A stretch of 34,923 nucleotides of DNA, counting the filler, from Nitrospinae bacterium RIFCSPLOWO2_12_FULL_45_22 (GTDB lineage: Bacteria; 2-12-FULL-45-22): NCBI GenBank assembly GCA_001803565.1. It is 2 parts of 2 records of this genome, joined end to end, with 100 filler letters (N's around TTAATTAATTAA, not from the genome) between each part and the next. Parts side by side here need not be neighbours in the genome. Positions count along the whole stretch, not along the records: positions 1 to 24,347 come from MHDQ01000320.1; 1 more part is not named here. One strand, 5' to 3'. The notes below the pieces were generated by a model. It made no database searches, had not been told where the DNA came from, and worked only from the letters and a program-made list of their open reading frames with translations. Below, piece after piece: positions 8,049-16,235 of this stretch. Made by a program: the position numbers and the translations under genes. Position 1 is the first letter of the stretch; every line of letters starts with the position of its first letter.

Positions 8049-9824
8049 ATGGATAAGAGACTAGAGGAGTTGGTTGATAGTACTTTCAAGTTAAAGGATA
8101 TGGAAGGGCCGGATAAAGTGACCAGTCTTTCAGAGGCTATTAGACGCTATATAAAGCCGGGGATGGCGCTCCATATCGGTATTGATGCCAATGCCGCTAT
8201 TTGTGAGCTCATTAGACAATATTGGGGTACTAATCCCGGATTCACCTATATATCTAGCATGATCATAAACCATGGGCTAAATCTTATCCATGCTGGCTTG
8301 GTGAATAAGGTAATCACCTCTAATAGCTCGGATATATACCCTACCCCTAGTCCTAGCCGCATCATCCAACGAGCATATAAAGCTAAGACAATTGAGTTTG
8401 AAAATTGGTCCCTCTACAGTCACCTCCAACGCTTAATGGCAGCGGCCCTGGGTCTTGAGTTCCTACCCACTCGCTCTATTATAGGTAGTAGTATGGCGGA
8501 GGAGAATAAAGATAGCTTTAAGCTGTTAGAGGACCCCTTTGGCAGTGGCAAGAGAGTGGGCATAGTAAAGGCCCTTATGCCTGATGTTTCGATAGTGCAT
8601 GTATTAGCCGCAGATAGATATGGTAATGCCATACCGGTGCCCCCATACCTGGCCGAGACCGCCTGGGGCGTAAAAGCTAGCCGGCATGGGGCGATATTGA
8701 CAACGGAAAAGCTGGTCTCTACCGACTTTATAAGAAAACATTCACTTCTGGTAAAGATCCCTGGTTATATGGTTAATGCAGTAGTTATTACACCCTTTGG
8801 GGCCCATCCTGGCGGTCTGATTAATCGCTGCCTACCCGAGGTAGAGCCCTATGCCGATGATGATGATTTCATTAGCCCGTATCGCAAAGCTACTGAAGCG
8901 CCACATACCCTGGACAAATGGCTAAAAGAGTGGGTCCTGGATTGCCCGACGCACGATGATTATCTTACTAAATTGGGCCATCAGCGGCTTATGTTGCTCA
9001 AAGGAAAAGCCCAAGAAGATACCTGGCAATATCGCTTGAATCTCCTGGCGAAGGATATTTCCCTGGAAGAGAAATATAACCCGGCTGAAATGATGGTAAT
9101 AGCGGCTGCTCGCTTAATGCTGGACAAGATCCTCAAGAATAATTATAAAACTATACTTACAGGCGTAGGGGTATCAGCCCTAGCAGCTTGGTTAGCCAGT
9201 TATCAACTAAAAAAGAGAGGGTATGATATAGAGCTGGTTATTGGATCGGGGGCTTTTGGCCACTCGCCCCGCCCTGGTAACGTTGATCTCAATAATTATT
9301 CTAACATTATGACTTGTAAGATGATCAGTGATACTCTGGATATATATGGGGTCATGGTAGGGGGGGCAAAGAACAACTGTTTAGGGGCCCTGGGAGCGGG
9401 CCAGATTGATAAGTGGGGTAATATCAATTCCACGAGAGTATCAGATGATCTTTTCCTTGTCGGCGCTGGTGGGGGAAACGATGTTGCTAGCGGGGCACGG
9501 GAGATAGTGGTAGCAGCCCACCAATCAGCTAAACGCTTTGTAGAAAAGGTACCTTATATAAGCATGCCTGGTGAGAGGGTAAAGACCCTGGTATCAACCC
9601 TGGGTGTTATGGAAAAATTGGGTGATGATAAAGAATTTACTTTAACGCAATACCTGTCAACACCGGAACCTTTAACCCCAGAGCAAAGGATAAAGAAGAT
9701 AAAAGAGAATTGCGGGTGGGAGCTAAAAATATCTTCTAACACCCACGGAGTTCCAGTCCCTACCGTTGAAGAATTATTAACCCTTAGACTGCTGGACCCC
9801 AAGAAGGAATTTATTGGCCCGTAA
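8049..9824 (+). CDS. Fused alpha+beta family-I CoA-transferase-like protein (GctAB/IpdAB type); canonical beta-Glu absent
   Basis: DKVTSLSEAI, ADRYGNA, PFGAHP, GQIDKWGNINST, GAGGGND; paralogue of 16236-18020. Confidence 0.85.
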   Translation: MDKRLEELVDSTFKLKDMEGPDKVTSLSEAIRRYIKPGMALHIGIDANAAICELIRQYWGTNPGFTYISSMIINHGLNLIHAGLVNKVITSNSSDIYPTPSPSRIIQRAYKAKTIEFENWSLYSHLQRLMAAALGLEFLPTRSIIGSSMAEENKDSFKLLEDPFGSGKRVGIVKALMPDVSIVHVLAADRYGNAIPVPPYLAETAWGVKASRHGAILTTEKLVSTDFIRKHSLLVKIPGYMVNAVVITPFGAHPGGLINRCLPEVEPYADDDDFISPYRKATEAPHTLDKWLKEWVLDCPTHDDYLTKLGHQRLMLLKGKAQEDTWQYRLNLLAKDISLEEKYNPAEMMVIAAARLMLDKILKNNYKTILTGVGVSALAAWLASYQLKKRGYDIELVIGSGAFGHSPRPGNVDLNNYSNIMTCKMISDTLDIYGVMVGGAKNNCLGALGAGQIDKWGNINSTRVSDDLFLVGAGGGNDVASGAREIVVAAHQSAKRFVEKVPYISMPGERVKTLVSTLGVMEKLGDDKEFTLTQYLSTPEPLTPEQRIKKIKENCGWELKISSNTHGVPVPTVEELLTLRLLDPKKEFIGP

Positions 9825-9830
9825 ACCCCA

Positions 9831-9936
9831 GGTCATTAGGTGATTAGGTTATTAGGTTATTGGGTTATTAGGTGACTAAGTGACCAGGTCATTAGGTAAT
9901 TACGTAATGACCCAATAACCTAATAACCCAATGACG
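9831..9936. repeat. Palindromic array of 8-mers (GGTTATTA-like x9, then inverted x4)
   Basis: GGTCATTA GGTGATTA GGTTATTA GGTTATTG GGTTATTA GGTGACTA AGTGACCA GGTCATTA GGTAATTA cg TAATGACC CAATAACC TAATAACC CAATGACG. Confidence 0.8.
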
Positions 9937-9954
9937 CAAATTGAGGAGAAGGTA

Positions 9955-10077
9955 ATGATAGAGGGCAGGGATTTTCTGGAAGCAAGATTTCGCCTTCAGG
10001 AACATGAAGGGCCGGACAAGTCTTCTGCTAAACCCAAATATAATGACCCCTTTCCAGCAAGGCTCGACCATGTATAA
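9955..10077 (+). pseudogene. 5' remnant of a third CoA-transferase gene (40-codon ORF)
   Basis: GAGGAG RBS; MIEGRDFLEARFRLQEHEGPDK matches MTGFRDVLEARFRLQEHEGPDK. 9976-10020 equals 16257-16301 at 42/45 nt. Confidence 0.8.
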
Positions 10078-10816
10078 TCAAAAGATAGGGATTTCAGTGG
10101 TTTTCCCCTCTTTTAATGAGGAAGAAAATATTGAGAGGGCTGTAAGGGCTACAACCGACGTATTGGAGTTAATAGTTAGCGATTATGAAATAATTATCGT
10201 TAATGATGCCAGCACGGATGCCACAGGGGATATCGCCGAGAGTTTAGCAGAAAAGAACGGGAAAATATCCGTAATTCACCACAAAAAAAATAAAAAACTA
10301 GGCGGGGCATTAAAAACAGGTTTCGCAAAGGCAAGTAAGGAGCTGGTCTTATATTCTGATGTTGATCTCCCCTTTGATTTTATGGAGGTATCTAAAGCCC
10401 TAAGGATAATGGAATATACCGGTGCTGATATTGTCTCAGCATACAGGCATGATAGGATCTCAGAAGGGGTCAAGCGGGCGGTATATTCTTATATTTATAA
10501 CGCAATGGTAAGACTCCTTTTCGGGCTAAGGGTCAGAGATATAAACTTTTCTTTTAAGCTCTTTAAACGAAATATCCTGGATAGGATAGAGCTTGTTTCC
10601 AATGGTTCTTTTATAGATGCTGAATTGCTGATTAAGAGTCAAAAAAATGGTTTTCAGATTGTTCAGATGGGCGTGGATTTTTTCCCCAGACTGAGAGGAA
10701 GTTCAACCCTCTCAAGTCCATCGGTCATCTTTAACATCTTAAGCGATATGCTCGCCTTGCTCTTCCAATATAAGTTTAAGAGATTCCTCGGGCCAGAGAA
10801 TAATGAAAGAGGCTGA
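10070..10816 (+). CDS. GT2 glycosyltransferase, polyprenol-phosphate sugar synthase (DPM1-like)
   Basis: SVVFPSFNEEENI, IIVNDASTDAT, DVD, RDINFSFKLF. Start likely ATG 10070. Confidence 0.9.
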   Translation: MYNQKIGISVVFPSFNEEENIERAVRATTDVLELIVSDYEIIIVNDASTDATGDIAESLAEKNGKISVIHHKKNKKLGGALKTGFAKASKELVLYSDVDLPFDFMEVSKALRIMEYTGADIVSAYRHDRISEGVKRAVYSYIYNAMVRLLFGLRVRDINFSFKLFKRNILDRIELVSNGSFIDAELLIKSQKNGFQIVQMGVDFFPRLRGSSTLSSPSVIFNILSDMLALLFQYKFKRFLGPENNERG

Positions 10817-11549
10817 ATATTACCGAAATTTCGAATATGAGGAGAAAAACTGGTGGTTTATTGGGATGAGGAGTATATATCAGGGATTACTAGATCTTTT
10901 TATAAATATAAATATGGAGATGCCCAAAAAATTGTTGGATACTGGCTGTGGAACTGGAGGTATGCTCCGGTATCTTAAGAAATATGGTTTTGTAATCGGG
11001 TCTGATGTTTCTATGACAGCTTTAGAATTCTGTAGAAAAAGGGGGGAGACCCATCTGGTTTTGTCAAATTCCCTCCGATTGCCCTTTCAGAACAATTCTC
11101 TTGACGTTATTACCGCCTTTGGCGTGATAGAACATCTGGATGACGATACCACAATGTTAAAGGAATTGTACCGGGTTTGCAAGCCTGAAGGGAGGTTATT
11201 TATCCTAACCTCTGCGTTCCAATTTCTATGGAGTTATCATGACGATGCTAACGAGCATAAGAGGAGATATACCAGGGGCGGTCTTTCTGACAGAGTTGGG
11301 CAGTCAGGTTTTAGAATAGAAAAGATCTGTTATGTAAATACATTTCTTTTCCCCGTGATACTCCTTATAAGGTTGATTCAAAAGATATTCTATAATAATA
11401 GGAAATTAGATAAAGTTAAGCGGGATATAATAACCCCCCCTTTTGGTATAAACAAACTGTTAACCTATATCCTGCAACTAGAAGCCCGGTTGCTAAGGAG
11501 AAGGGATCTCCCTTTCGGTGTCTCTCTAATCTGCGTTGCCCAGAAATGA
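10803..11549 (+). CDS. Class I SAM-dependent methyltransferase
   Basis: LLDTGCGTG, GVIEHLDDD, WSYHD..NEHKRRY. Confidence 0.9.
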   Translation: MKEAEYYRNFEYEEKNWWFIGMRSIYQGLLDLFININMEMPKKLLDTGCGTGGMLRYLKKYGFVIGSDVSMTALEFCRKRGETHLVLSNSLRLPFQNNSLDVITAFGVIEHLDDDTTMLKELYRVCKPEGRLFILTSAFQFLWSYHDDANEHKRRYTRGGLSDRVGQSGFRIEKICYVNTFLFPVILLIRLIQKIFYNNRKLDKVKRDIITPPFGINKLLTYILQLEARLLRRRDLPFGVSLICVAQK

Positions 11550-12205
11550 TCTCAGGAAAAGAGGCCCTAAGAAAATTATTAAATATCTATGCGAAATGTC
11601 CCTTATTTTCTAAGCTGCATATTTGGGTTAGGTTTAAATCCTGTCCTTTTCTTGAACTGATAAAATATATTCCCGAAGATGGTAAAATATTAGACCTAGG
11701 TTGTGGCTATGGGCTCTTTACCTGCCTCTTACATTTGACCTCACCCGGTCGCAATATAATCGGTATTGATCTCGACAGGAAAAAACTGGGGATCGCTATA
11801 AAAGTAACTACCAACTGTTCAGAGAAAATATCATTTCGTATGGGTGATATATGTGAAATTGGTGAAAACGATCTTGACTGTATCACAATTATTGATGTGT
11901 TATACTTGATTCCCTTCGAGCGCTGGGAGCTGATATTTGAAAACTGTTTTAACAGATTGAAACCTAATGGGCTTCTTTTGATAAAGGAGATGGGTAAGAA
12001 ACCTTCATGGAAATATATTTGGAACTTAATCCAGGAGACCTTATCAGTTAAGATCTTCAATATTACCGAAGGTAATTCTTTTTACTTCAAAACCCCTTTG
12101 GAGCTGGGTGAGGATTTACGCAGAATTGGTTTTAAGGTCACAAGGCTCGATCTTAACAAAAGGTATGCCCACCCCCACTTTCTCTATCTTTGCCGAAAAG
12201 GTTAA
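11546..12205 (+). CDS. Class I SAM-dependent methyltransferase
   Basis: ILDLGCGYG, GID, LKPNGLLLIKE; ATGA overlap with the upstream gene. Confidence 0.88.
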   Translation: MISGKEALRKLLNIYAKCPLFSKLHIWVRFKSCPFLELIKYIPEDGKILDLGCGYGLFTCLLHLTSPGRNIIGIDLDRKKLGIAIKVTTNCSEKISFRMGDICEIGENDLDCITIIDVLYLIPFERWELIFENCFNRLKPNGLLLIKEMGKKPSWKYIWNLIQETLSVKIFNITEGNSFYFKTPLELGEDLRRIGFKVTRLDLNKRYAHPHFLYLCRKG

Positions 12206-12209
12206 GAAG

Positions 12210-13070
12210 ATGCACAAACCATCGGTGAAACGGTTAATAGTCACTGCAGACGACTTTGGACTGACTAAAGGTATAAACCAGGGGATATTCGAAGCCTTTA
12301 GTAAAGGTATAGTAACTAATACCACACTGATAGTAAATGGTCGTGCCTACGATCATGCCCTAGACCTGGCTAAAACGAACCCTGGCCTGCCCCTGGGAAT
12401 ACACTTAACCCTTATGGAGGAAAGAGCGGTTTTAAGTAATAAAGAAATACCTACTTTAGTCCAAAAGGATTCTTTTCTGCCCAGGAACTATCGCCAGCTT
12501 ATATTGAATTTATTCTCAAAAAAAATAAGATTACCTGAGATCGAGGCAGAGTTTAAAGCCCAAATAGATAAGTTTCTGGCTAGTGGGATAAAACCGACTC
12601 ACATTGATAGCCATCAGCATATCCACATGCTACCAAGCATCTTCAATATCGTAGTAAAGCTGGCCAGGGAATATGGAGTAAAAAATATAAGGTTCCCGTA
12701 TGAAAAGAGGGTGGTTCACAAAGGCTATATTCTTAGTACTCACAATCTAAACCGGGCCATTCTGAAGTACATTTGTTCTAAGGCAAAACAAAAGATAAAA
12801 CAAAATGGTATCATTACTACTGACTACTATTATGGTTTTTTAAGGAGTGGAGCCCTTTCGGTTAAGGCATTAAAAGAGATTTTGCTGGCCTTAGACTATG
12901 GAACGACCGAGCTCAACTGTCATCCCGGTTATATTGATCAGGAATGCGTTAAATATTATTCTCACTGGAATTATCATTGGGAAGAGGAATTAAAAGCCCT
13001 GACAAATGATGAGATCAAAGGTTTAATTACAAAGGACAATATTCAATTGATAAGTTATAAAGACCGATGA
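12210..13070 (+). CDS. YdjC/ChbG/HpnK-family carbohydrate deacetylase
   Basis: LIVTADDFG, LGIHLTL, THIDSHQHIH, ELNCHPG. Start likely ATG 12210. Confidence 0.9.
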   Translation: MHKPSVKRLIVTADDFGLTKGINQGIFEAFSKGIVTNTTLIVNGRAYDHALDLAKTNPGLPLGIHLTLMEERAVLSNKEIPTLVQKDSFLPRNYRQLILNLFSKKIRLPEIEAEFKAQIDKFLASGIKPTHIDSHQHIHMLPSIFNIVVKLAREYGVKNIRFPYEKRVVHKGYILSTHNLNRAILKYICSKAKQKIKQNGIITTDYYYGFLRSGALSVKALKEILLALDYGTTELNCHPGYIDQECVKYYSHWNYHWEEELKALTNDEIKGLITKDNIQLISYKDR

Positions 13071-13073
13071 AGT

Positions 13074-15683
13074 TTATTGCCCCTTTAACTCTATATAATC
13101 AAAAACTAGCGCTAAGTCTGGTGGATTACCCACACTGACCATTTGGGATAGCTCTTTGCCGGCACTCTCTAAAGCAGTGCCTGCTGCCGCCCCTTTTACG
13201 CCTATTATTGCATGGCCCCACCAATATTTATTTCTTAAGTCATAACCGGTACCAATCGTTTTTAGGGCATCTACTGCCTTGAGGGTCAGTTTCCTTGATG
13301 CCTCATCCTTAACCGCTACCGCCACTATTTTCCCTTTCGGTATCTTCTCTATAAACTTAGCTAATCTTTCAGATTCTTTTGCATCAAGATAAGTGTCAAA
13401 CCCATCTACCGCTTCGACGCTCCCGGTCTTGGGATTAATTATAGCCAGGTTATAGCCCCGTTTTTGAGGGGAGACATTTTTCCCATTTATCAGAATATGG
13501 CCAAAATATCCGCACAGAAATCCGGCACTGTTAACGATAATGTTCACGGGGGATCTTAATCCTATGTCTCCGATAAAATTGGCATTTGGTGAGGGCTTTG
13601 TATACAGAGCCGAATATCGTAATTTAATCAGATTAAGACCTTCATGGAAAAACCCGGGTGGGATTTTTAAAAGATATTGGTGCCAGCCTTTGTTTATTTT
13701 CCAGCTTGAGAGATATTGATCTTTTATATATAGTTCTAGGGAACCCCATTCTGAGGTAATAGGTTTAATTTTCATGGTCATTGTCATTTCGGATTTAGGC
13801 AGAGGATTCCCCAGGTGGAAAAAGATCTCAGATTTTTGGTAGCCCATGGGCCTATAATATGTTTCACCATTCCATTTTGCGCTATCCAACCAGCCTCTGC
13901 CTAAATAGATATTTGATAAGCTGTCGCCAAAGCTAATAGAGATATTGACGGTATCTCTTTTATCCCGTTGAACAACTTTATAAACTATAAGTTTACTATT
14001 CTGACAAATCTTTTCTAAATCCAGGACTTTTTCTAAATAATCAATTATATAAAAAGCATAAGGTAGATGAACGATAATATAGTGAATATTTAGAGCCGGC
14101 ATGGACTCTTTAAATATTATTCTGTCTCTGGCGATAGTATCAGCCGTAACATTAATCATCCCATCTTCTTTTATAGAGGAGAGCCTTTTTACAAAAGGGA
14201 GATTAGAATAATATTTTAAATTATCCGGATGGCGCCGGGATAAGAGGGTATTGAATATGCGCTTTTCATGGCCTATCTGATCCAGGGAGGCATCAGCCTC
14301 GAGAGAGGTAATCTCCCAGATCTGAAAATCACCGCTTTGTTTAGCTATCTGTTCAAATATCTTGGGCTTATGGTAATGATACAACTCGATGGGCAAATTC
14401 AGATATTCGAAAGATATTAAGCCACCAATTAACAATACAACTACCACCCCCCTTCTTTGACTTTGAAGCCTAAATAATATTTCCTTAATAGAGTAAGCGG
14501 CCAAGATAGCGGCTGATAGCATTACCATTATATTAAAGCGGCTTGCTGCCCTCACCCCATTGATAACTGGGATATATTGCAATAGTAGGTATGGGAGCGG
14601 GATTCTGAATTCCTTCCCATTTATATGCAGGTAAGGCCCTAATGACAGAAGCATAAAAGTTAGGAAGGCAATGGTCCATAATTGAATGCCCTTCTCTTTT
14701 CGAAATCTAATCATACAATAAATAGACAGGAGTAAGACAGCGTAACCAGCAAAGACCACACCTTCGACACCGCTATGCTGGAGAAATTTGCCGTGACTCC
14801 AGGAATATAGATTTAGGGTATCCCGGTATTTCCCGAAAATACCTAAAAAAGGATGCCAGGGGCTGGGAGAAATATATCCTCGTAAGTCTGCTACAAACAA
14901 ATTCTGTCCCCACATCTGATAATAATGAGGACCTTTATCTAGCTCGCTTATTATGGTAACCAATACCGGGGAAAATAGGGCACTGAAGATCAATATTATT
15001 AGGATTAAATTTTTTACTATTACGGAATAATTTACCTTTTTTATAATGACAAGATGAAAAAAATAAATTAATGTAAATATAATTAGATAAATTAAATAAT
15101 AATAATCACATAATGCAGTTAATGCCAGGAATAGTCCTGCCAGAAGAGGATTCATGGCTCGGGGTTTTTCTTCGTTAGATTTAATTAGATAGAGGATATA
15201 GAAGGGCATCCATTCGGTGCTGGTCAGGTTAAAATGTCCTTTTAAATGGGCAAATATGTAGGGACAAAAGGCAAATATTAATCCGGCAATAAAAGCACCG
15301 ATTTTATTTTTAGTAAGATATTCAGCTAATAAATAAGCACCATATGCAGAGAAAACAAAGGAAAAAATGATTATTATATTATTAGCAATGACAATGTTAA
15401 ACAGAAGCTGTAAAGGTATGGAGAGTAATCCATTGAACAAGGTAAGGGCATGAAAAACTAAACTATGGCCTAAGGGATAGAAGATATAATCACAATATAA
15501 AGGATTAGTCCGGATCTCTATCAGTGCTTTCTTTATCCACCATAGATTCCATAGGAATACGAAATTATCACCACCGCTGCCGGGTATATGGGTAGAGAAA
15601 TTTAATGCCAATGGATAGGTAAAGGTCAAGGTCAAGGCTAAGTAAGCCGCCAATAATAAGGGCTTAGTAATTTTTATCTTCAT
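13074..15683 (-). CDS. Polytopic GT-C/YfhO-like membrane protein with C-terminal ILEI (GG/PANDER-like) domain
   Basis: Many hydrophobic segments, GDNFVFLWNLWW first loop, RAASRF. C-terminus RGYNLAIINPKTG...FDTY...IPKGKIVAVAVKDEAS...HAIIGVKG. Confidence 0.78.
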   Translation of the reverse strand: MKIKITKPLLLAAYLALTLTFTYPLALNFSTHIPGSGGDNFVFLWNLWWIKKALIEIRTNPLYCDYIFYPLGHSLVFHALTLFNGLLSIPLQLLFNIVIANNIIIIFSFVFSAYGAYLLAEYLTKNKIGAFIAGLIFAFCPYIFAHLKGHFNLTSTEWMPFYILYLIKSNEEKPRAMNPLLAGLFLALTALCDYYYLIYLIIFTLIYFFHLVIIKKVNYSVIVKNLILIILIFSALFSPVLVTIISELDKGPHYYQMWGQNLFVADLRGYISPSPWHPFLGIFGKYRDTLNLYSWSHGKFLQHSGVEGVVFAGYAVLLLSIYCMIRFRKEKGIQLWTIAFLTFMLLSLGPYLHINGKEFRIPLPYLLLQYIPVINGVRAASRFNIMVMLSAAILAAYSIKEILFRLQSQRRGVVVVLLIGGLISFEYLNLPIELYHYHKPKIFEQIAKQSGDFQIWEITSLEADASLDQIGHEKRIFNTLLSRRHPDNLKYYSNLPFVKRLSSIKEDGMINVTADTIARDRIIFKESMPALNIHYIIVHLPYAFYIIDYLEKVLDLEKICQNSKLIVYKVVQRDKRDTVNISISFGDSLSNIYLGRGWLDSAKWNGETYYRPMGYQKSEIFFHLGNPLPKSEMTMTMKIKPITSEWGSLELYIKDQYLSSWKINKGWHQYLLKIPPGFFHEGLNLIKLRYSALYTKPSPNANFIGDIGLRSPVNIIVNSAGFLCGYFGHILINGKNVSPQKRGYNLAIINPKTGSVEAVDGFDTYLDAKESERLAKFIEKIPKGKIVAVAVKDEASRKLTLKAVDALKTIGTGYDLRNKYWWGHAIIGVKGAAAGTALESAGKELSQMVSVGNPPDLALVFDYIELKGQ

Positions 15684-15723
15684 CTCTGATGCCCATACAG
15701 CGTCGGGAAATATTTCGTCACTG

Positions 15724-15849
15724 TTTAGACAGGATTAACAGGATTTACAATTTTTTATCCTTCCGGGCCAAAAGGCCCGACAGGCTTCCAGTCCGCAGGG
15801 TTAGAGGCTTTTGTCTTTATCCTGTTTCATCCTGTAAATCCTGTCAAAA
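15724..15849. repeat. Inverted-repeat element built from 9-mers (ACAGGATT(A/T))
   Basis: TTTAGACAGGATTAACAGGAT vs ATCCTGTAAATCCTGTCAAAA (19/21). Confidence 0.75.
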
Positions 15850-16031
15850 AAATGAAAATTCCTATACTATCAAGTTAGCTGCATTAAGATTATAGTGATG
15901 AAGACCGGATTTCTATTATAATATCTAGTGGCAAAGATTGCTTTGCAGGAATTTTTTCCGTGGCAACTACTTAGTTTCAATCTGTTTAATCACAAGGGGG
16001 TATTTTGCCTTGACAAAGGGGGTATCTTGGC

Positions 16032-16060
16032 TTGGATAGGCTTAATTTTCATGCTATACT
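16032..16060 (+). promoter_or_regulatory. Putative sigma70 promoter with extended -10
   Basis: TTGGAT-N17-TATACT with TG directly upstream (TGcTATACT). Confidence 0.45.
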
Positions 16061-16235
16061 TTGACTATCCTCTTTAAGGGAAAATTCATAAACTTTCGGT
16101 TCATAAAGTACCATAAAAATTTGTGAGAGAAATCTTTTCCCATCAATTAATAGGATGGACACCCGGCTATACGAGTGGTGTTCCAACCCCGCAAAAATAT
16201 TTTCTTAAAAGACTTTGTTACCCTGGGAGAATAGC

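Noticed and set aside
9831-9936. Possible CRISPR array
   Set aside because: Units are 8 nt with no unique spacers, and no cas genes are in the window.
15689-15895. 68-aa ORF
   Set aside because: It is a translation of the ACAGGATT inverted-repeat element.
15929-15946. TGGCA...TTGC as a sigma54 promoter
   Set aside because: GG-to-GC spacing is not N10, and the sequence is a copy of the REP palindrome.
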